64,000 bases of DNA from contig DAIRTA010000001.1 in assembly GCA_036804125.1 (NCBI GenBank), forward strand, positions 26,005-90,004. Reading direction: 5' to 3'. Positions 61,701 through 64,000 of the stretch are shown piece after piece. The stretch's first letter is position 1. Each line of letters opens with the position of its first letter. The position numbers and the translations under genes are program-made. The stretch comes from Hyphomonas sp. (lineage in GTDB: Bacteria; Pseudomonadota; Alphaproteobacteria; Caulobacterales; Hyphomonadaceae). The notes under the pieces were generated by a model. That model saw nothing but the letters and a program-made list of their open reading frames with translations, was not told where the DNA came from and did not search any database.

Positions 61701-61880
61701 CCAATCCTGCTGTCTGGCGATGTGTTCTGGTTGCCGCTTGCGGCCGGTATCGCCGGCGGGGTCCTGGGGTCGGCCTTTCTTGCCCTGTTCTACACACCGG
61801 CTGTGTTCCGGATCATGACAAGCGATCTTTTCCGCCGCGGTCGGCGCGGCAGGGTCCTGCAGCCCCAGCCGGCCGAATGA
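58755..61880 (+). CDS. RND efflux permease (AcrB/AcrD/AcrF family)
   Basis: 1041 aa, R.EDP, E.LV..PLE, GLLIDNAIVV, STLTT...F.P, FFP..R.Q, TTLTT..G..P. Confidence 0.93.
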   Translation: MFTLFYLLPRLTILILLVILIGGVGALLSLGRQEDPTLIERFGNIIVVMPGADAERMEALVSQPLEAALMELPEIDEVMSTVRSGTAHTTVMLRPDLTEAEVDDAWTLIRAKADQARAGFPPGASAPVVTRQYIGASTMTVALIWDGPGEPPRTLMRRLALDLQDKFQRHPGTELTDTFGLPVEEVRVIADTEALAAAGLSLAQAASLLATGDSKTPAGTLRAPDSLMGVEVAGEFTSISRIAEVPIIQRPDGSALRIGDVAEITKAYEDPPRRIALYNNRPAVFVAAYISPNQRVERWAEGANAIVAGMAAESPPGLRVETVFDQSRYTAERLNGLATALLMSAMIVFAVLFLTMGWRSAISVGMAIPLTIGLVMILFNVFGHPLHQMSVTGLVISLGLLIDNAIVVVDEFDQWRAKGCTRAEAIQRSLGHLVAPLGASTLTTALAFAPIALLPGSAGEFVGMIGLSVIYAILASFVLSLTVVPAMAGWFDRKRNWERGEAARPRRWWRDGIAINVITDGYRAFIGAILRFPPLGIAIAVVPALAGLMMVGQLPSQFFPATERDQFQVSFTLSPKANLAEAQRVASRATELILAEPGVSQVAWTLGEPSPRVYYNAISNTRGFEGYGSGWVQLDSNRRTRQIVDDVQRILRQEFPEARFLALPFEQGPPAEAPIELFLRGNDLEILNRLGEEVRTVLGQTPGITYTTASLDLGAPILRLQADESAAAMAGARLSEIAASLSAELEGIEAGSVLEGAEELPVRMLARDSRRSEIADLQSKTIGARPGMAGTPLSALGDFELYPKTAVITRRDGVRVNQILAYLYPYTLPAPSLAEFQTRLAASDFRLPQGYDLLIGGEAENSGDAIGNLAAVGIPLMLVMAGAITLVFNSFRMMLLIFSTGIFAVFYAFGGVWLFNLAFGFNAIIGSLGLFGIAINGSIVVLSLLRASPEAMAGDRVAQREVVVDASRHIVATTLTTMGGFVPILLSGDVFWLPLAAGIAGGVLGSAFLALFYTPAVFRIMTSDLFRRGRRGRVLQPQPAE

Positions 61881-61967
61881 TCCGGATTGTCATGTGTCTG
61901 TTGGAGCAGTTGAACATCCGCCGCGCCCGCGCCAAGTGTAAGGCGTGCAGCAGGAGGCTTTCGCCCC

Positions 61968-62780
61968 ATGAGTGATAATCCTGATCTTGGCGCTCCGCCG
62001 CCCGTCTGGAAACGTCTCCGCTTCGAGGCTGCGGCCGCTGCGGCAGATGAGCCGACCCTGTCATCCTATATCAATGCCGCGATCCTGGCTCATGATACTC
62101 TGTCCCAGGCCTTCTGTTTCCACCTGTCCGAAAAGCTCGCGGGAACGGCAATGGGCGCCCAGCAGGTTCGCCATATTGTCTCGTCAGCCTATCGTGATGC
62201 GCCGGAAATCATCAGTTTTGCTGAAGCGGATATCCGCGCCACGCTCGACCGGGATCCCGCCTGCCGCAGCTTCCTGCAACCCTTCCTGTTCTTCAAGGGC
62301 TTCCTCGCGCTCCAGACCCACCGCGTCGCCCATGTCCTCTGGAAGCAGGGTCGTGAGACGCTGGCCTTCCACCTGCAGAGCCGGGCATCGGAACTCTTCG
62401 ATGTCGATATCCATCCGGCGGCTCGGATCGGGCAGGGGGTCATGCTCGACCATGCTTCCGGCATCACCATTGGGGAAACGGCGGTTGTCGGCGATGGCTG
62501 CTCGCTCCTGCATGGCGTGACACTTGGAGGCACCGGAAAGGAAGTCGGCGATCGGCATCCGAAGATCGGACGTGGTGTGCTGCTTTCCGTCGGCGCGAAA
62601 GTTCTGGGTAACATCACGATAGGCGATCAGGCCAAGGTTGCGGCAGGCAGCGTGGTGCTGAAGGATGTGCCGGCCTATTGCACTGTTGCAGGTGTTCCGG
62701 CCCGTATTGTCGGCGCGCCGGCCTGTTGCGAGCCGGCGGCCAGCATGGACCAGGCGATTCCTGACGATACCGGCAGTTGA
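61968..62780 (+). CDS. cysE: Serine O-acetyltransferase
   Basis: RDPAC, FKGF.A.Q.HR.AH, VDIHPAA, LDHA.G, VTLGGTGK..GDRHPK. Confidence 0.97.
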   Translation: MSDNPDLGAPPPVWKRLRFEAAAAAADEPTLSSYINAAILAHDTLSQAFCFHLSEKLAGTAMGAQQVRHIVSSAYRDAPEIISFAEADIRATLDRDPACRSFLQPFLFFKGFLALQTHRVAHVLWKQGRETLAFHLQSRASELFDVDIHPAARIGQGVMLDHASGITIGETAVVGDGCSLLHGVTLGGTGKEVGDRHPKIGRGVLLSVGAKVLGNITIGDQAKVAAGSVVLKDVPAYCTVAGVPARIVGAPACCEPAASMDQAIPDDTGS

Positions 62781-62885
62781 TCCGGCCGGGCACCTGCCTC
62801 TGCGACAGTTCTGCCGTGCGGCCTTTGCCTCGCCGGGAAATCTGAATAGGGTCCAGCCCGCAATGAAAACAAGGAGAACGCGTGC

Positions 62886-63098
62886 ATGAACCGCGAGGAA
62901 ACCCTGCGCCTTGAGGCCTATCTCAGGGAAAAATTCAATCCCGGCCTGCGCCTGGTCGCCCGTGACCGGGCCGAGGATTCGGTGGAGGTCTTCCTCGGGG
63001 CCGAATTCATTGCTGTCATCTACAAGGATGTGGATGAGGGTGAAACCGCCTACCAGTTCCAGATGAGCATTCTGCAGGAAGATATTTTCGGCGCCTGA
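62886..63098 (+). CDS. DUF3126 family small protein
   Basis: SD AAGGAG; L.AYL...F, DS.EV..G.EFI.V...D..EGE..Y...M.IL; usual neighbour of cysE. Confidence 0.85.
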   Translation: MNREETLRLEAYLREKFNPGLRLVARDRAEDSVEVFLGAEFIAVIYKDVDEGETAYQFQMSILQEDIFGA

Positions 63099-63109
63099 CC
63101 GGGCGGGCC

Positions 63110-63949
63110 TCAGGCCGGCGGGACGGCCAGGACATCGACCGGCGATAGGCGCAGGATTTCCTCGGCAATGCTGCCCAGAACTAATCGGCTGACACCTGTC
63201 CGCGCCCGCGTTCCGGTGATGATCAGGTCTGCGCCGATAGCGGCGGCCGTATCACAGATGGTCCGCGCCACCGAGGCGCCGGAAGGACGCACGAGTGCTG
63301 CACTGTGCTGAAGTCCATGTTCTGTCAGAAAAGCCCGCAACCGCGACTCGGCCTTTACCCGTTCCTCAAGGATATAGGCATTGATTTCATCGCTCGAACT
63401 GTGGGCACGCGTCATCACGGCGACAGCGGGTGTATCAAAGACGTGCAGCGCGCTTGACCGGCCCCCGGGCGAGAGCCAGGACAGCGTGCCCACCATCTCT
63501 GCGGCGCGCGCGGAAACAGGCGAAAAGTCCAGGGTCAGCATGGGATTCTGGTAGAGCGCGTTGGCGCCGGATTTGACGAGCAGGATGGGACGAGGGCTGT
63601 TGCGGATCGTTCGCTCGGCCGTCGTGCCGGCGAAAAAATCCCTGAGGCTGCTGCGGCGCGGCTCACCCACAACGATAAGATCGGCGTTGAATTCGGCTGC
63701 CACTTCGAGGATCGAGGCAAAGGGATCCCCGGTTTCAAGCCTGACCGGGCAGCCATATTTTTCCCGAAGATCATCGGCATAGGCGGCTGCCAGCCGCCGG
63801 TCCGTCTCGGAGAAGGAGAGCGGACGCTCACTGTCGAGGACATGCACGATATCGAGCCCGGCGCCGGACACTTTCGCGACCCGGGCCGCGCGCTCCAGCG
63901 CCAGGTCCGACCGGCGCGAAAAGTCCGTTGCCGCAAGGATTCGTTTCAT
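63110..63949 (-). CDS. Tandem universal stress protein (start ATG 63949)
   Basis: ILAATDFS..S, ADLIV.G...G.TAE; second domain DFS, ADLII.G......LGS.AE. Confidence 0.92.
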   Translation of the reverse strand: MKRILAATDFSRRSDLALERAARVAKVSGAGLDIVHVLDSERPLSFSETDRRLAAAYADDLREKYGCPVRLETGDPFASILEVAAEFNADLIVVGEPRRSSLRDFFAGTTAERTIRNSPRPILLVKSGANALYQNPMLTLDFSPVSARAAEMVGTLSWLSPGGRSSALHVFDTPAVAVMTRAHSSSDEINAYILEERVKAESRLRAFLTEHGLQHSAALVRPSGASVARTICDTAAAIGADLIITGTRARTGVSRLVLGSIAEEILRLSPVDVLAVPPA

Positions 63950-64000
63950 GTTGGGCCCTTTGTCGTGCAGGCCGCTCAAGCATGGTGCCGGCTGCAGGAC

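Overview
Core-genome window of a GC-rich alphaproteobacterium. Gene order and motifs suggest Caulobacterales/Hyphomonadales, probably Hyphomonadaceae; this is inference, no database search was run. In order: 3' part of priA; atpHAGDC; thioesterase-ferredoxin-ferredoxin reductase; tsaE-amgK-murU-addB-addA-trxA; M23 peptidase-bactofilin (lmdC-bacA type); bcp; YhdP/AsmA-like protein; tyrS/anmK; alpha/beta hydrolase; a lipoprotein; nifS/iscS-sufBCDS-sufT-sufA; TetR-plsC; purC-purS; ATP synthase zeta subunit; ABC ATPase; zinc-finger protein; FAD monooxygenase; an accessory galactoside cluster (GH42, GH36, galT, galK); a convergent pair of XRE regulators with an AT-rich, palindrome-rich upstream region; tamA-tamB; Ca/Na antiporter-queF; nitroreductase; TetR-MFP-RND; cysE-DUF3126; universal stress protein. 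I saw no rRNA, tRNA, CRISPR array, transposase, integrase or phage gene, and I cannot demonstrate a wholly new system from sequence alone. The best leads are the XRE pair and its operators, the Leloir galactoside islet, a perfect CtrA box built on the bcp stop codon, three leaderless-type promoters inside the suf cluster, a Cys/His/Asp-rich SufB N-terminal tail, a PriA missing one Zn site, and a lipobox on TamA.
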